64,000 bases of DNA from an uncultured bacterium (GCA_903854195.1 CAINVO010000029.1:2557-66556); one strand, 5' to 3'. Positions 18,920-29,240 are shown, counted from the stretch's first letter. Notes: generated by a model from the letters alone, not told the origin. Numbers and translations are program-made.

Positions 18920-19156
18920 ATGATAAATGTCCAAATAGAGAAAAACCCAACAGAACACACAACATCGACTATTCGTCGTTTTACAAAGCGCGTTCAAGAA
19001 GCCGGCATTCTTAACCGTGTACGAGGCTTAAGATACAGTACTAGAAAAGAATCAACATACGTTAGAAAGAAAAAAACACTTAAGTCACTTAGACGCCGCG
19101 AAGAGATTCAAACTCTTCTAAAACTTGGCAAAATGCCAGTAAAAACAAGAAGATAG
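18920..19156 (+). CDS. rpsU: Probable ribosomal protein bS21
   Basis: Small and basic; IRRFTKRVQEAGIL..VR..RY pattern. Confidence 0.65.
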   Translation: MINVQIEKNPTEHTTSTIRRFTKRVQEAGILNRVRGLRYSTRKESTYVRKKKTLKSLRRREEIQTLLKLGKMPVKTRR

Positions 19157-19178
19157 TTTCAAAACAAAAGTTATCAAA

Positions 19179-19607
19179 ATGTCCATGGTAAATTCTTCAA
19201 ACTTTTCCATAACATCAACGTTAAAAAGCAATCCCATAAAAGGATTGCTTTTTAATAATTTCATAAAAATTAAGAATGAAGTGGTTGGAGAAAAATATGA
19301 CCTTAGTCTCGTAATAATTGGTGACAAAAAAATGCGAACCCTCAATCGCACTCACCGAGGTATCGATAAAACCACAGATATCTTAAGTTTTGGTCTTGAA
19401 GGCGGTAAGGATAAAAACACTGGAGGTGTTGGTGAAATTTTTATAAATCCCTATCGTGCACGCATAAAATCTAAGAAATTTGATCGCTCATTTGATAATT
19501 TTTTATCATTCTTATTTATCCACGGACTATTCCATTTGAAAGGATTCGATCATGGTAGTACAATGGATGCAAAGGAAGAAAAAATAAGAAAAATTTTCAG
19601 TATTTAA
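19179..19607 (+). CDS. ybeY: rRNA maturation endoribonuclease YbeY
   Basis: LNRTHRGIDKTTDILSF, GEIFI and HGLFHLKGFDH. Confidence 0.92.
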   Translation: MSMVNSSNFSITSTLKSNPIKGLLFNNFIKIKNEVVGEKYDLSLVIIGDKKMRTLNRTHRGIDKTTDILSFGLEGGKDKNTGGVGEIFINPYRARIKSKKFDRSFDNFLSFLFIHGLFHLKGFDHGSTMDAKEEKIRKIFSI

Positions 19608-19689
19608 TTTATTTCTTATTTAGATTTAATTAATTTCATCCTGTTTAGTTTTAGAAAAAAGTTTAGTTTAATTTTAAAAATTTATAAGT

Positions 19690-20892
19690 ATGGCTCGCAC
19701 TATTGCAGTTGGCATAGATATTGGTACTTACCAAATCAAAGTGGTAGTGGCTGAGTTAGTACAAGAAAAAGATAAGGAGGTTCCACGCATAATTTCTACT
19801 GGATACGCCGAGTCTAGAGGGCTTCGTCATGGATACATCACAAGTGTTGCTGAGACAGCAAAAAGTATTAGAGCTGCTGTTGCTCAGGCTGAAAGAAGTG
19901 CTGGCATGAAAATCAGAAAAGCATATTTGTCAGTTGGAGGAGTTGGGCTATCTGGTGTCACAACAATCGGAGGAGTTGCCCTGACAAAAAACGATGGCGA
20001 GATATCTGATTCTGATGTAAAAAAAGTACTTGAAGCTAGTGAGAATGAACTTCCACAAGCTTTTACAATGAACCGTAAGATTTTGCATACAATACCTCTT
20101 ATGTTCCGAGTAGATGGTAAGACCGTTCTTGGTCGCCCACAAGGCATGAAAGGCACTAAACTAGAGGTCCGCACGCTTTTTATCACCTGCCTGTCACATC
20201 ATCTTAATGACCTTGTAGTAGCCCTAGGTGAGGCTGATGTTGAAGTTGAGGATGTTATTGCTGCACCTATCGCAGCTAGTTTTATAACGCTCACAAAAAC
20301 ACAAAAAATTGCCGGCTGTGTCTTGGCAAATATTGGTTCTGAAACTGTCACAATAATTGTTTTCGAAAACAACATACCTATCTCTGTGGAAGTTTTTCCT
20401 ATTGGATCAAATGATATTACTAACGACATTGCACTTGGTTTGAAAATTCCAATTGAAGATGCAGAAACAATAAAACTTGGTGGACCAAAATCAGTTGAAT
20501 ATCCAAAGAAAAAATTAGACGAAATTATTCTTGCTCGTCTCTCTGATATTTTTGAACTAATTGAAGCCCATCTTAAAAAAATTGAGCGAAGCGGTTTACT
20601 TCCAGCAGGTATTATTATCACCGGTGGAGGTGCTGGAGTTGCAAGTATTGAAGAGTTTGCACGAACATCACTACGTCTACCATCCAAACGTGCATCATTC
20701 AAATTCCCTATCCCTCTGAAAGGATCATTTCGTGAGTCTGAGTGGGCTGTTGCTTATGGACTTTGCGTACTTGGACTGACTACTGAAGATAATGATATTT
20801 TGCATATAAAACCCAGTCTACACCCCGTTACACAGGTTCGAAAAAACCTTTGGACCACCATTAAAAAGGCGTTTGCCCAGTTGCTTCCATAG
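19690..20892 (+). CDS. ftsA: Cell division protein FtsA
   Basis: GIDIGTYQIK, IGSNDITNDIA and IITGGGA; upstream of ftsZ. Confidence 0.93.
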   Translation: MARTIAVGIDIGTYQIKVVVAELVQEKDKEVPRIISTGYAESRGLRHGYITSVAETAKSIRAAVAQAERSAGMKIRKAYLSVGGVGLSGVTTIGGVALTKNDGEISDSDVKKVLEASENELPQAFTMNRKILHTIPLMFRVDGKTVLGRPQGMKGTKLEVRTLFITCLSHHLNDLVVALGEADVEVEDVIAAPIAASFITLTKTQKIAGCVLANIGSETVTIIVFENNIPISVEVFPIGSNDITNDIALGLKIPIEDAETIKLGGPKSVEYPKKKLDEIILARLSDIFELIEAHLKKIERSGLLPAGIIITGGGAGVASIEEFARTSLRLPSKRASFKFPIPLKGSFRESEWAVAYGLCVLGLTTEDNDILHIKPSLHPVTQVRKNLWTTIKKAFAQLLP

Positions 20893-20965
20893 TGATATGA
20901 TTGTGACATTCTTTATTAAACGTTTAGAAAAACTTTAAAAATCCTTAATCAAACCCTTAATATCC

Positions 20966-22186
20966 ATGCCACAAGTAAAACCTGAAGTAGAAACATTTGC
21001 ACGAATAAAAGTCATTGGAGTTGGCGGTTCCGGAAAGAATGCCATCAATCATATGATCAACAGCAAGGTCCGCGGAGTTGATTTTATTGCTGTAAATACA
21101 GACGCTCAAGATTTGCATCATTCACTTGCAAAACAGAAAATTCATATTGGAAAAAATCTAACAAAAGGACTTGGAACTGGAATGAACCCAGAGCTTGGAA
21201 AACGCGCAGTGGAAGAAACAAAAGAAGAAGTTCAGGAAGCTATCAAAGGTGCTGACATGGTATTCATTGCATGTGGACTTGGAGGAGGTACTGGATCAGG
21301 CGCAAGCCCAATCGTTGCTCGCACATCAAAAGAGCTCGGTGCTCTTACTGTAGCTGTAGTTACAAAACCATTTTTCTTTGAAGGACAACAGCGTATGAAA
21401 GTTGCTGATATTGCACTTGAAGAACTTCGAAAAGAAGTAGACGCTATTATTGTTATTCCAAACGACCGTCTTCTAAACAACATCACAAAAGAAACTACTG
21501 CAAAATCAGCTTTTGCAATGTGTGATGAAATTCTAAAACAAGCCGTAGAAGGTATTTCTGACCTTATAACTACTCCTGGTATCATAAATATAGACTTTGC
21601 CGATATTCGAAGCGTTATGTCAAATGCTGGTGCCGCCCTTATGGGTATCGGTACTGCATCAGGAGAGAAACGTGCTGAAGAAGCTGCAAAAGCCGCAATC
21701 AGTTCTCCTCTACTCGAACTTTCAATGACAGGATCAAAGGGTGTTCTCTTCTCCATCGCTGGAGGTGATGACCTTACAATGTTTGAAATCCAAGACGCTG
21801 CAAAAATCATTACTGAGTCAGTGGATCCAAACGCCAAAATTATTTTTGGTACAGTAAAAGACGAAAAACTCAAGAAAAGCGAAATCAAAATTACAGTTAT
21901 TGCTTCAAGTTTTCCAGACAGTGGCCAGGGAAAGAAATCTCTTTTTGACAACACTTCATTTGGATCTGTTAGCAAATCTGATCTTGGTCTAGCAGGTGAA
22001 AAAGGTAAAATTTTTAACTCAATAGGTGGTGGTATGGCCAAAGAAACTCCAGCACCAGCCCCACAGCAATCAGAAGAAACATCTTCCTCTAGAGAAATGT
22101 CAATTGAAAAGAAATTAGATGTTATAAGTGATGAAGATGATTGGGCAGCAGTTCCCGCCTTTCTACGACGTTCAAAGCTTAAATAA
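20966..22186 (+). CDS. ftsZ: Cell division protein FtsZ
   Basis: GVGGSG, NTDAQDL, GGGTGSG, INIDFAD and C-terminal VPAFLRR. Confidence 0.97.
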   Translation: MPQVKPEVETFARIKVIGVGGSGKNAINHMINSKVRGVDFIAVNTDAQDLHHSLAKQKIHIGKNLTKGLGTGMNPELGKRAVEETKEEVQEAIKGADMVFIACGLGGGTGSGASPIVARTSKELGALTVAVVTKPFFFEGQQRMKVADIALEELRKEVDAIIVIPNDRLLNNITKETTAKSAFAMCDEILKQAVEGISDLITTPGIINIDFADIRSVMSNAGAALMGIGTASGEKRAEEAAKAAISSPLLELSMTGSKGVLFSIAGGDDLTMFEIQDAAKIITESVDPNAKIIFGTVKDEKLKKSEIKITVIASSFPDSGQGKKSLFDNTSFGSVSKSDLGLAGEKGKIFNSIGGGMAKETPAPAPQQSEETSSSREMSIEKKLDVISDEDDWAAVPAFLRRSKLK

Positions 22187-22222
22187 TTTAAGACGAATTT
22201 AATCGAATAAAAATTTAAAGTC

Positions 22223-23149
22223 ATGACATATGATCTAGCAATCATCGGCGGTGGACCTGCTGGAGTAGCAGCTGGCGTATATGCCGCTCGCAAGCGACTT
22301 AAGTCCATACTAATTACTGACTCATTTGGTGGACAAAGCATTGTTTCTGAAGGCATTGAAAACTGGATTGGTACAATAAAAATTTCAGGATCGGATCTTG
22401 CAAAAAACCTTGAAGACCATCTCCGAGCTTATTCTTCAGATATTCTAGACATACACGACACTGAAAGAATCACCACACTATCAAAAAATTCTGATGGGGT
22501 CTTTGTAATTACAACAGGTAGCGGGTCATACCTTGCAAAAACCGTCCTCGTAACCACTGGTAGTCATCGTCGCAAACTTGATGCAATTGGTGCTGACATA
22601 TTTGAGCACAAAGGTCTTACCTACTGTGCTTCATGTGACGGACCACTTTTTGATGGTCAGGATGTTGCAGTGATTGGTGGTGGTAATGCTGGTTTTGAAA
22701 GTGCCGCACAACTTTTAGCATATTGTAAATCGGTCACAATTATTCATAAAAATCCAGAATTCAAAGCTGATCCTGTCACGGTTCAAACTGTCCTATCTGA
22801 CCCAAAAATGCGATCCATAATGAACGCTGATATCATTGAAGTAAAGGGTGAGAAATTTGTTTCAGGTCTTGTATATAAAGATAAAACTACTGGCCAAAAT
22901 TCAGAGCTTCCTGTCACAGGTATTTTTGTGGAAATTGGTGCACTACCAACAACAGATTTTCTTTCTGGTCTTGCAGATCTAACACCAACTGGATATGTAA
23001 AAGTAAATGCCCTAAACCAACAGACAACATGTCCAGGTATTTGGGCTGCAGGAGACTGTACAGACGGTCTATACCATCAAAACAATATTGCGGTTGGTGA
23101 TGCCGTTAAAGCTCTCGAAGATATATACGTACACATAAAAACTAAATAG
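22223..23149 (+). CDS. Thioredoxin-disulfide reductase / AhpF-like FAD oxidoreductase
   Basis: GGGPAG, CASCDG, GGGNAG and AAGD motifs. Confidence 0.88.
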   Translation: MTYDLAIIGGGPAGVAAGVYAARKRLKSILITDSFGGQSIVSEGIENWIGTIKISGSDLAKNLEDHLRAYSSDILDIHDTERITTLSKNSDGVFVITTGSGSYLAKTVLVTTGSHRRKLDAIGADIFEHKGLTYCASCDGPLFDGQDVAVIGGGNAGFESAAQLLAYCKSVTIIHKNPEFKADPVTVQTVLSDPKMRSIMNADIIEVKGEKFVSGLVYKDKTTGQNSELPVTGIFVEIGALPTTDFLSGLADLTPTGYVKVNALNQQTTCPGIWAAGDCTDGLYHQNNIAVGDAVKALEDIYVHIKTK

Positions 23150-23189
23150 TTTGATTTAATTAGAAATAAATAAATATAAAAACAAAAGG

Positions 23190-23225
23190 AAAGGCGCAGG
23201 TCCACGGAGTGGACCTGCGCCTTTT
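23190..23225. terminator. Bidirectional intrinsic terminator
   Basis: AAAGGCGCAGGTCCAC-GGA-GTGGACCTGCGCCTTTT between convergent genes. Confidence 0.8.
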
Positions 23226-23228
23226 AAA

Positions 23229-24038
23229 TTACCCAACAAACTGAGCTGGTATCACCATGCGCGCTCCCATTGAGCTATTCTTAAAAACACATGGGCGATG
23301 CTCAACCCGAAAATCACCATCAAATTCAATACTCTGACCTTTTTCTCGTGTAGATATTTGCCAAGCTGCCTGAAGCCTGTTATTTGATTTTGAACAATCA
23401 TTCGGAAAACAAGTAGTGGACTCTCCCCAATCAAGATGTTTTCTTTCTGAGAAATAAGCTGCTCCAAAAGCCAAAACATACCCACGAAAAGTGAGCCACG
23501 ACTTACTTCTTAACAAAAGTTCATCAATGTTCCTATTTTTGGTATTCGAATCAGAAAAAATCTCATTTTTAATGATGCTCAGCGACGGAAGACCTTGAGC
23601 CTCAAACCCATAAAATTGAGTTAGGTCGCATTTTAAAGCAGGGTTGAGATTTTGGCTTCGGAGTACTTTGTTTATTACATCAAAGTTATCCGTCATGGTA
23701 CCAGGATCGAAAACAACAAACACATTCTCCCAAGGTAATTCCTCAGGGAGAGTGAACATTTTATTTAAATCGACCTTAATACCAAGGATGCTCTCTGTGA
23801 AACGCTCAGCATCTGAAACTGCATTGATGAGATTAGTTTCTGACACTTTAAAACGGTTTAGTGAAAGTGCCACCGATAACTGATCAACTCCGAAATTCCC
23901 TTCAATCAGATCTTGTAGACAGAGTGAGAGCTTTTCCAAATCGAATGGATAGCCATTTATTTGACGAAGTTGCCGTTTTATCTCAAACAGCTTTCCATCA
24001 AGGTTACGATACGTTTCGCCTTCGACATTAGTTGCCAT
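23229..24038 (-). CDS. Hypothetical protein, possible C-terminal CLec/FGE-like fold
   Basis: Start MATNV at 24038 with AAGGA upstream; ends NSSMGARMV, resembling the G-x-R end of CLec-fold proteins. Confidence 0.6.
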   Translation of the reverse strand: MATNVEGETYRNLDGKLFEIKRQLRQINGYPFDLEKLSLCLQDLIEGNFGVDQLSVALSLNRFKVSETNLINAVSDAERFTESILGIKVDLNKMFTLPEELPWENVFVVFDPGTMTDNFDVINKVLRSQNLNPALKCDLTQFYGFEAQGLPSLSIIKNEIFSDSNTKNRNIDELLLRSKSWLTFRGYVLAFGAAYFSERKHLDWGESTTCFPNDCSKSNNRLQAAWQISTREKGQSIEFDGDFRVEHRPCVFKNSSMGARMVIPAQFVG

Positions 24039-24156
24039 GACGTTATTTTCCTTTATTGTTTGTGTTTTTTCCGACAATTATTAATCGCCAGAACATGTTG
24101 ACAAGGGCTTTGTGTTTTTATAAAAAACACTCTGCTGACTTATTTATTTAACAGCT

Positions 24157-25509
24157 TTATATCACAAAAATAGTATAAAACAAACCAACAGCAGAAAGGC
24201 CCATCACAAAAAATGTAGTCCACACGAGCAGTCTAGAAAAAGTGCCACCTTTGTGATCACCTAATATCTCGGTATTACCATTTATTCTTGCAATCAAAAA
24301 AAGCAATGGTACTGCCGCAACACCGTTGAACACTGCAGTAAATATAAGAGCTTTAATTGGATCAATGCCAATAAAATTAATTAAAAGACCAATTAAAGTA
24401 GAGACGATAATAACACCATAAAAACCTTTAGCTTTACTGAATTTTCTGTAAAGTCCTTCTTTCCATCCAAAGGCTTCGGAAAGTGCATAAGCTGCAGAAC
24501 CCGCAAGCACTGGTATTCCTAGAAGTCCTAGCCCTATAACTCCCACTGCAAATAAATCCTTTGCAAGTTGACCGGCATTTGGAAAAGAACTTACCAGAGG
24601 TTCAAGAGCCTTAGCTGCATCAGCCGCGGTATTAATATTCACAACACCATTACTAAAAAGAACTGTTGCTGTAGTAATAATAATAAACCATTGCACCAAC
24701 TCAGAAACAATCATTCCAATAGAATTATCAATTTTTAAATTTCTTAAAAACTTTTTTGTCACATGTGGCTTTCCACCATTTTGACTCAAAAGATGACTTT
24801 TGATTTCTTCTTCAACTTCCTCTGAAGTCTCCCAGAAAAACATATACGGTGAAATTGTTGTACCGAAAACTCCAGTTACGATAAAAAGGAAAGCGAAAGT
24901 AAATTCTACATGTGGCACAAGTGTCGCGTGTAAAATCTGTCCCCAAGGTTCCTTAATAATAAGAGCTGTGACTGGATATGCGAGCATCGACAAAACTAAC
25001 CATTTTAATATTTTTACGTATTGTCTATAACTTACAAAAATTTCGAGAAAAATAATTGCCAGAGCAGTTAAAACTGCAAGAAGAGCAAATGGAACATCAA
25101 CTACAAGTTTTGTTGCACTCGCTACAGCACCAATATCTGCTCCTATATTTATAGTGTTTGCAATAACAACTAGAAGCACAACAACTGTCAAAATTTTCTT
25201 CGAATAATGTTCTTTAACAACTCCAGCCAAACCCTTACCAGTAACAGCACCAATACGCGCGCAGGCCTCCTGTACTGCTATTAGAAGGGGTAACTGATAC
25301 AAAGCAGTCCAAAGCATCCCAAACCCAAATTGAGCGCCTGTTTGAGAATATGTGGCAATTCCCGACGGGTCGTCATCTGCTGCACCGGTAATCACCCCAG
25401 GACCAAGTAATCGTAAAAAACGATAAAGTCTCGACTGCTTTTTTTTCGAATGATTTATATTAAAATTTTGATCGGGTATTTCCGATGTTCTTGTTGTTTC
25501 GCTACTCAT
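24157..25509 (-). CDS. NRAMP-family divalent metal cation transporter
   Basis: GPGVITGAADDDPSGIATYSQ and GTTISPYMFFW motifs; about 11 TMs. Confidence 0.88.
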   Translation of the reverse strand: MSSETTRTSEIPDQNFNINHSKKKQSRLYRFLRLLGPGVITGAADDDPSGIATYSQTGAQFGFGMLWTALYQLPLLIAVQEACARIGAVTGKGLAGVVKEHYSKKILTVVVLLVVIANTINIGADIGAVASATKLVVDVPFALLAVLTALAIIFLEIFVSYRQYVKILKWLVLSMLAYPVTALIIKEPWGQILHATLVPHVEFTFAFLFIVTGVFGTTISPYMFFWETSEEVEEEIKSHLLSQNGGKPHVTKKFLRNLKIDNSIGMIVSELVQWFIIITTATVLFSNGVVNINTAADAAKALEPLVSSFPNAGQLAKDLFAVGVIGLGLLGIPVLAGSAAYALSEAFGWKEGLYRKFSKAKGFYGVIIVSTLIGLLINFIGIDPIKALIFTAVFNGVAAVPLLFLIARINGNTEILGDHKGGTFSRLLVWTTFFVMGLSAVGLFYTIFVI

Positions 25510-25557
25510 ACACAGTATTGTATCAAATTTTTTTATAAAATATCCAAAAATTTCCAA

Positions 25558-25877
25558 TAAAAAAAACCGGATCGAAGTGATCCGGCCACAGGTCTCATTG
25601 AGACCTATATAGTGGGGATGTCATTTTCCGTTCAAAAATGACATCCCCGTTTTCCTTTCTATAATCTTTCGCAAGATGTTGTAGATTGAGCCTGAACGGT
25701 GCCCAACCCACAATATCTCACTATCCCTGTCGTCATTTATGTAAATTCCGAGAAACGAATTTTCATAGTTGCTGTATCTTTTGCTTATTAGGTTCCCGCA
25801 ACGTCGAAACCCAGCTCAACTCCGTTCATAGTTCTACGGAATAGTTGTATATTAGCACAAATGATTTTTATTGTCAA
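25558..25877 (-). ncRNA. Candidate ~285-nt structured ncRNA (or decayed gene) with its own promoter and terminator
   Basis: TTGACA-17-TAATAT on the minus strand (25877-25849), several hairpins including a perfect 14-bp stem at 25614-25648, terminator 25558-25585, no ORF of 60 aa or more. Confidence 0.45.
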
Positions 25878-25900
25878 TAGGTGCCAATAAATGGGACTTT

Positions 25901-26512
25901 CTACATTTTCTTAACATGAACAGCAAGGAATAGACAAGACGGTTTCCAGCCATCCTCGCCAGTTGAGATTTTGAGACGGTTTTTAAGACCGTCTACCTTC
26001 TCGAAGCATGGGTACCCTGGCAAAACATTATTCATCTTACTCAAGAGAGTATCCCAAAGCCATCTGCAAATAGCCTTAGATTCGTGTTGGAAGTGAATAA
26101 AGCCTTCATTCGAAGACCCGAGGGCAATCAGCGGATCATCCCTAATTATGTTTCCGAATTTCCCCGCAAACACCATTAGTTCCTTTATAAAGGCAGGCCG
26201 AAGACCAGCTTGAGCAAATTCCTTTATAATCTCATCCCTTTTCCACCCAAAGAACTGGGGTCCGAGAGCATCGAATTTTACAACTTCAAAATTGACCGTG
26301 TAAACACCCGTAAGGTAATTTTCAAAAGTCATTGAAGTTATTTCGCTTTCATTTTCGACTGAGCAGTTTGCCTCATCGAGCAAGATACCGAGAGTCTTTC
26401 TCGCGTCAATCTGAATATCCCTGAAATCATTTGTTCCGGGCCAAAACCAGTCTCGACGATTAATCCCCTCCTCGTTATCGCAAAATACAATTCTTGGATC
26501 TATTACTTTCAT
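25901..26512 (-). CDS. Hypothetical protein, possible CLec-like fold
   Basis: GLRPA..ELMVF..PLIALGS...GW...CLFLAV; own TTGACT-17-TAATCT promoter and AGGAG SD. Confidence 0.65.
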   Translation of the reverse strand: MKVIDPRIVFCDNEEGINRRDWFWPGTNDFRDIQIDARKTLGILLDEANCSVENESEITSMTFENYLTGVYTVNFEVVKFDALGPQFFGWKRDEIIKEFAQAGLRPAFIKELMVFAGKFGNIIRDDPLIALGSSNEGFIHFQHESKAICRWLWDTLLSKMNNVLPGYPCFEKVDGLKNRLKISTGEDGWKPSCLFLAVHVKKM

Positions 26513-26643
26513 TTTTCTCCTTTCTATTTTTATTTATATTTTTTCAAATATTCATAAAATATTTATGTAGCCAAAATCTAGGCCAAGATTACATAAATGA
26601 CTTAATAAAGTCAAACAAATTTTAACTATCCTACTAGATAAAT

Positions 26644-27879
26644 TTATTTTGTAAAAATTAAACTTTCAAGACTTTTTTCAATATTTTTGGTCACAATATC
26701 GCTATAATTTTTAAAGAAATAATTACATGAAGCAGCTATAGGATCACCTGAATATACCCCACAACCATTTGAAGTGTGCACCAAATACCCAATAGTTATA
26801 TAGTTCCCCTTTTGGTGAGTTGTATAATAATAATTAGTATATAACTGACTCATCCCAGCATCAGAAGAAGACGATAAACAGAAGTTAACATTATTTAATG
26901 TGACACTTGAATTTTTTTCAGGCATCGGAGCATTAGGAGAAACGTAACAGCCATTTGTTCCAATACTTGTACTTGTTGAAGTTGTAAAAACTTCTGGGGT
27001 ACCACTTTGGCCATAGTTTAAGCTGGCCATATCACTATAAAACTTGTTGGGATATTGAAACGAAAAACCAACATTAGAATCAACGTAAGTTTTCCATAAT
27101 TCAGAAGATGCTTGTTTTGTTTGTGTAAATGAATTTAATTCCTGCTGTACGATTTTGTTTTGACCATCAAAACTGATAGGTGTAGCAACGGATGGATCTG
27201 TAGCCAAAATAGTATTTGTCAAAAAGTTAGCATCGAATACTCCAATATTATTTACCACCACAAAGTTATCAGCACTCAAAGGAACAATTTCACCACGCCC
27301 ATATGTACTATCTTGCCCAGATGAACCAAAAATATGAAGACCTCCCATTGTATTGACCGAAACATTAGCTGTAGTTGACGCAGACAATTTGCCATTTGAG
27401 TCATACCCTGAGGTCATCCAAGTATGAGTTTTTGAATTAAAAAAATATGTTTGATTAGGTGAGATACCAAAAGTATCGGTAATTATCATTGATGATGAAT
27501 GAACTTTCTGTATGTATATTTCTGGTTTTGTGTTTCCTTTTGTGTCTTTCTCACCAAGAACTAAAATTGACATGACCTTTCCTGTTTGAATATTCGAATC
27601 TGTATCAGTACTTGGAGAAATTTCTGAAACCTGCCAATCACTTGGATACCAGAAAGAAAATCCAAAATCTGCATCAGTATACTGCTTTGCACTTGAAGTT
27701 GATGCAATTGTTGATGTTTGATTCTGTTGATCTGTACTAGTACCACTTGCAACGTCCTGATTTGTGATTGGAATAGAGGAATTACTTATATTATAAAAAT
27801 ACACGATTCCAATAATTACAAACAACACTACAATAATACTTACTAGAATTCCGACAAAACCTTTTTGTGATTTTTTCAT
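26644..27879 (-). CDS. Secreted protein with prepilin-like leader and two PsbP-like segments
   Basis: MKKSQKG|FV followed by TM; repeated Y.D...GFSF.YP motif (YTDADFGFSFWYPSDW, YVDSNVGFSFQYP). Confidence 0.7.
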   Translation of the reverse strand: MKKSQKGFVGILVSIIVVLFVIIGIVYFYNISNSSIPITNQDVASGTSTDQQNQTSTIASTSSAKQYTDADFGFSFWYPSDWQVSEISPSTDTDSNIQTGKVMSILVLGEKDTKGNTKPEIYIQKVHSSSMIITDTFGISPNQTYFFNSKTHTWMTSGYDSNGKLSASTTANVSVNTMGGLHIFGSSGQDSTYGRGEIVPLSADNFVVVNNIGVFDANFLTNTILATDPSVATPISFDGQNKIVQQELNSFTQTKQASSELWKTYVDSNVGFSFQYPNKFYSDMASLNYGQSGTPEVFTTSTSTSIGTNGCYVSPNAPMPEKNSSVTLNNVNFCLSSSSDAGMSQLYTNYYYTTHQKGNYITIGYLVHTSNGCGVYSGDPIAASCNYFFKNYSDIVTKNIEKSLESLIFTK

Positions 27880-27897
27880 ATATGTTAAGATAATACC

Positions 27898-28230
27898 ATG
27901 TTTATTTTTACAATTATTCCTTACTGGGTATGGATAAGTCTTTCAGCTATCTTCTTTGGAATTGGGGAATTTCTATCTAAAAAATTTGCAATGAATCCTG
28001 GCTGGGCATTATTTTCAATTTTTATTCTAGTAGACATTCTAAGCGCTGTTGCCTGGCTCCCGGCAATTTTTGAAAAGAATCAATTATCAATTACTGGGGT
28101 CATTTGGTCTATTGTTTCTTTGATGGCTACAGTAGCTATTGGTGTACTTGCTTTCAATGAAGAACTGACACTGACGCAATGCATTGGCTTAGCAACAGGC
28201 CTTGTATCTGTAGTTCTACTCAGCAGATAG
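27898..28230 (+). CDS. Small DMT/SMR-like membrane transporter
   Basis: 110 aa, 4 TMs, GE.LSK in TM1, GVLAFNEELT..Q.IG. Confidence 0.7.
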   Translation: MFIFTIIPYWVWISLSAIFFGIGEFLSKKFAMNPGWALFSIFILVDILSAVAWLPAIFEKNQLSITGVIWSIVSLMATVAIGVLAFNEELTLTQCIGLATGLVSVVLLSR

Positions 28231-28244
28231 TTATAGTAATTTTT

Positions 28245-29240
28245 TTATAATTGTATTTGACTAGCCAATACTACAAATGTGACCACGTTACTTGTTCCGT
28301 TCAGATTTCTGACTGCTATGGTATTAACACCAGGGCTTATTATTCTCATGTACATGGCACACATCATTCCTGGTTGGCAATCTGCACCAACAGAACCTGG
28401 AACAGAAAACGACAAACTAGTCCCATTATTTGAGGATGAAACATTATTTACTGGACCACCAGAGAAAAGTACTGTGTTTGTTTGTTGAAAACCTGATCCG
28501 TAAATAGTTACCTGACTACCAATTCCTCCTGATGTTGGAGATACTGAATTTATTGCTGGAACCTGACTATTTACACTACCGTTTACATTTATACTTGCAC
28601 TTGTTTGAGCGCTCTGACCATTACTTCCACGTACAGTGAATGTTGGTGTAAACACACCTACTGAATGATACGCATGAGTGAATGTTGATGTTTGGTTGTA
28701 TATTTGTTGAGCTGTTACTGAATATGCCCCCATCATATTGCTATAAACTTCATCACCCCAAACAACACCATAACTCAACCCTCCTCCAGTAACGTCTGTT
28801 GCATGAACTGTCCACGTACCGCTTTGATCAACGTTTAAAGTAGTAGGACTATCTAGACCATTAATAACTGGTTGGTTCTGATTATTTTGATTAACAACGC
28901 AACCTATACCAACAATCAAAGCTCTAGTTTGAGGACCTACATATCCGGCTGAATAAAGATTGTTTTCTCTCTGAAATCTTTGCACTGCAGACAAAGTCAT
29001 TGAACCAAAATATCCAGTAGGTCCAACAGATAAATACCCCTTTCCATTTAAATACGCCTGCAAACGGCTAACTTCACCGTTCGTGTAGCCATCTCGGCTA
29101 CCATAACGCATATTATAGTTTAGAGTAACGCAGCCATATGGCTGAACATTATCTGCAGACACCAAAGAAAAACCGCCAGAAATAAAGGAAACCGCCATCA
29201 AACCGAAACAAAAAACACCTGAGATTATATATCTTTTCAT
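28245..29240 (-). CDS. Secreted peptidoglycan-binding protein with PKD-like and IPT/TIG domains
   Basis: EVSRLQAYL..TGYFGSMT.SAVQRFQ..GYVGPQTRA; WGD..HAY; PAINSVSPTSG..GSQVTIYGSGF. Confidence 0.8.
   Translation of the reverse strand: MKRYIISGVFCFGLMAVSFISGGFSLVSADNVQPYGCVTLNYNMRYGSRDGYTNGEVSRLQAYLNGKGYLSVGPTGYFGSMTLSAVQRFQRENNLYSAGYVGPQTRALIVGIGCVVNQNNQNQPVINGLDSPTTLNVDQSGTWTVHATDVTGGGLSYGVVWGDEVYSNMMGAYSVTAQQIYNQTSTFTHAYHSVGVFTPTFTVRGSNGQSAQTSASINVNGSVNSQVPAINSVSPTSGGIGSQVTIYGSGFQQTNTVLFSGGPVNNVSSSNNGTSLSFSVPGSVGADCQPGMMCAMYMRIISPGVNTIAVRNLNGTSNVVTFVVLASQIQL

Noticed and set aside
21232-22356. 374-aa antisense ORF across ftsZ/trxB, and similar shadow ORFs opposite infB, gyrA, ftsA, lepA and typA
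   Set aside because: They mirror well-conserved genes codon for codon, have no motifs, and are expected from codon bias.
25690-25730. Short similarity (GGGTTGGGCACCG vs GGGTTGAGCATCG) to the 3' end of 23229..24038, suggesting a DGR TR/VR pair
   Set aside because: Only about 13 nt long, mismatches are not at template adenines, and no RT is in the window.
25770-25825. GGAGTTGAGCTGGGTTTCGACG resembles a tmRNA 5' end
   Set aside because: No matching T-arm/acceptor-CCA 3' end and no convincing Ala-ending tag frame; retained only as an unknown ncRNA candidate.
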